64,000 bases of DNA, from contig OZ287703.1 in NCBI GenBank assembly GCA_965649825.1, positions 1,049,722-1,113,721 of the forward strand, read 5' to 3'. The notes beneath the pieces are model-generated. The model saw only the letters and a program-made list of their open reading frames with translations. It had not been told where the DNA came from and made no database searches. A program made the translations under genes and the position numbers. This document shows, in pieces, positions 62,962 through 64,000 of this stretch. The stretch's first letter is position 1; the number at the start of each line of letters is the position of its first letter. This stretch comes from Penicillus capitatus (Eukaryota; Plantae; Chlorophyta).

Positions 62962-63991
62962 TCACTTGTCTTTGGGTGGTATGCTGCAATGCGTGGCATC
63001 TGGGGCACAGTTCTCATATAACTGTCGCTGCTTTGAATGACTTGTCTCTTCAAAACAAGCGCAACGTTTCTTCTCGTCTGCTCCAGGGAAGTACTCAACC
63101 ACCAGGCGTGGATATCCCACCTTGCACCATACTTCACCACCTGCCTCCATTCCTGCATCACGGATATGAAGCCTTGCTGTATGCGCATACCTTTGCCCTG
63201 CGCCCATCGCGAGTTGCAGGTGGGATTTAGCTTCTTAGCAGCTTCTCTTTGGGCCTTGATCTCCTCGGCTTGACGTGCACCTTCCTCCACGGCCTTCAGT
63301 GCATCGGTCGGTCGTCCCTGGTCATCGTAGAAGGGGCCAATGACGTAACCTTTCAAACCATACTCCTACACCAGTCCCATCATTCAGCAGAGAAAGAGCG
63401 CGATCGTGCCGTGTGATCTCGAAAGAACTGCCTCCATTCGACCAGTCCTCCCTGCTTCTCCGCATTGAAATCTGTCACATCATCTGTCACGTCTTTGACG
63501 AATTCACCCGTAATGTATGCTCGGGAGCCATCTTTTCCGACAAAGCAATAATACCCCTTGTCCATTCCTAAAGATCTCACTCTTTTTCTGTGTGCATGCA
63601 TCCCACAATACATACCGTAGTACTGTTCGCCCTTAGACACATCGTACACTTCACCCAGGATGCCGATGTACAACGGAGCTCCTTCCACTCCATTGAACTC
63701 CGCCAATTCCTCTTTGGTAAAAAGCTTCTGCACAAAGCATGCATATCTCAGGGACAAGACAGACGTGTGAGAGAAGAGACAGGTCGAGCAGGATCAAGGT
63801 GATCCAGATTGTTCACGACGAAGAGAATGATGACGGTCGCAATCAAGAGAAACACAAAGTCAAAAGAAAACAACCCCGGCGGTTGTCTTTTCTCCTCGGC
63901 CCCTCCTATCCAGCGCACTCCACCATCTCCAGCAGCAGAACGATGCCAAGCCTACGGAGATGCGACGGCGAAGTTTCGGTGTTGGATCCAT
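62962..63991 (-). CDS. Membrane-associated progesterone-receptor / neuferricin-like cytochrome b5 protein
   Basis: N-terminal TM; LFTKEELAEFNG..LYIGILGEVYDVSKG..FVGKDGSRAYITGEF; C-terminal CNSRW..GEVWC..RCAC..YENC. Confidence 0.88.
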
Positions 63992-64000
63992 CCTTCGCCT

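Overview
Eukaryotic nuclear DNA: standard genetic code, many ~40-55 nt GT-AG introns, and plant/green-algal gene content (CBM20 protein, OSB-type SSB, MAPR, plastid-type HNH). A compact-genome chlorophyte is inferred, not proven. No rRNA, tRNA or CRISPR array was seen. The window has two parts. (i) About 1-41.6 kb is an accessory birth-and-death region. It holds seven BTB/POZ paralogues plus a remnant, and three patatin copies (one intact with a signal peptide, two damaged), each patatin directly upstream of a BTB gene. It also holds a large Pmp-like beta-helix/Cys-rich/multi-TM surface receptor with shuffled 25-26 aa repeats, a WD40 + TRP-type channel gene, segmental duplications and decayed ORFs. 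Two TSD-flanked insertions sit in BTB exon 2: a 159-bp TG..CA solo-LTR-like element that could be spliced out in frame, and a 1.63-kb LINE-like element encoding only ORF1. (ii) About 41.6-64 kb is very gene-dense and housekeeping-like: CBM20-membrane protein, OSB-type SSB, DEP-DUF1769, LRR, F-box-LRR, GPI8, OTU1, HNH, SRPBCC, SAP, R3H-SUZ, KCTD-PHR and MAPR, with tiny or overlapping intergenic spacers. Gene models and family calls were made by eye; no database searches were run.
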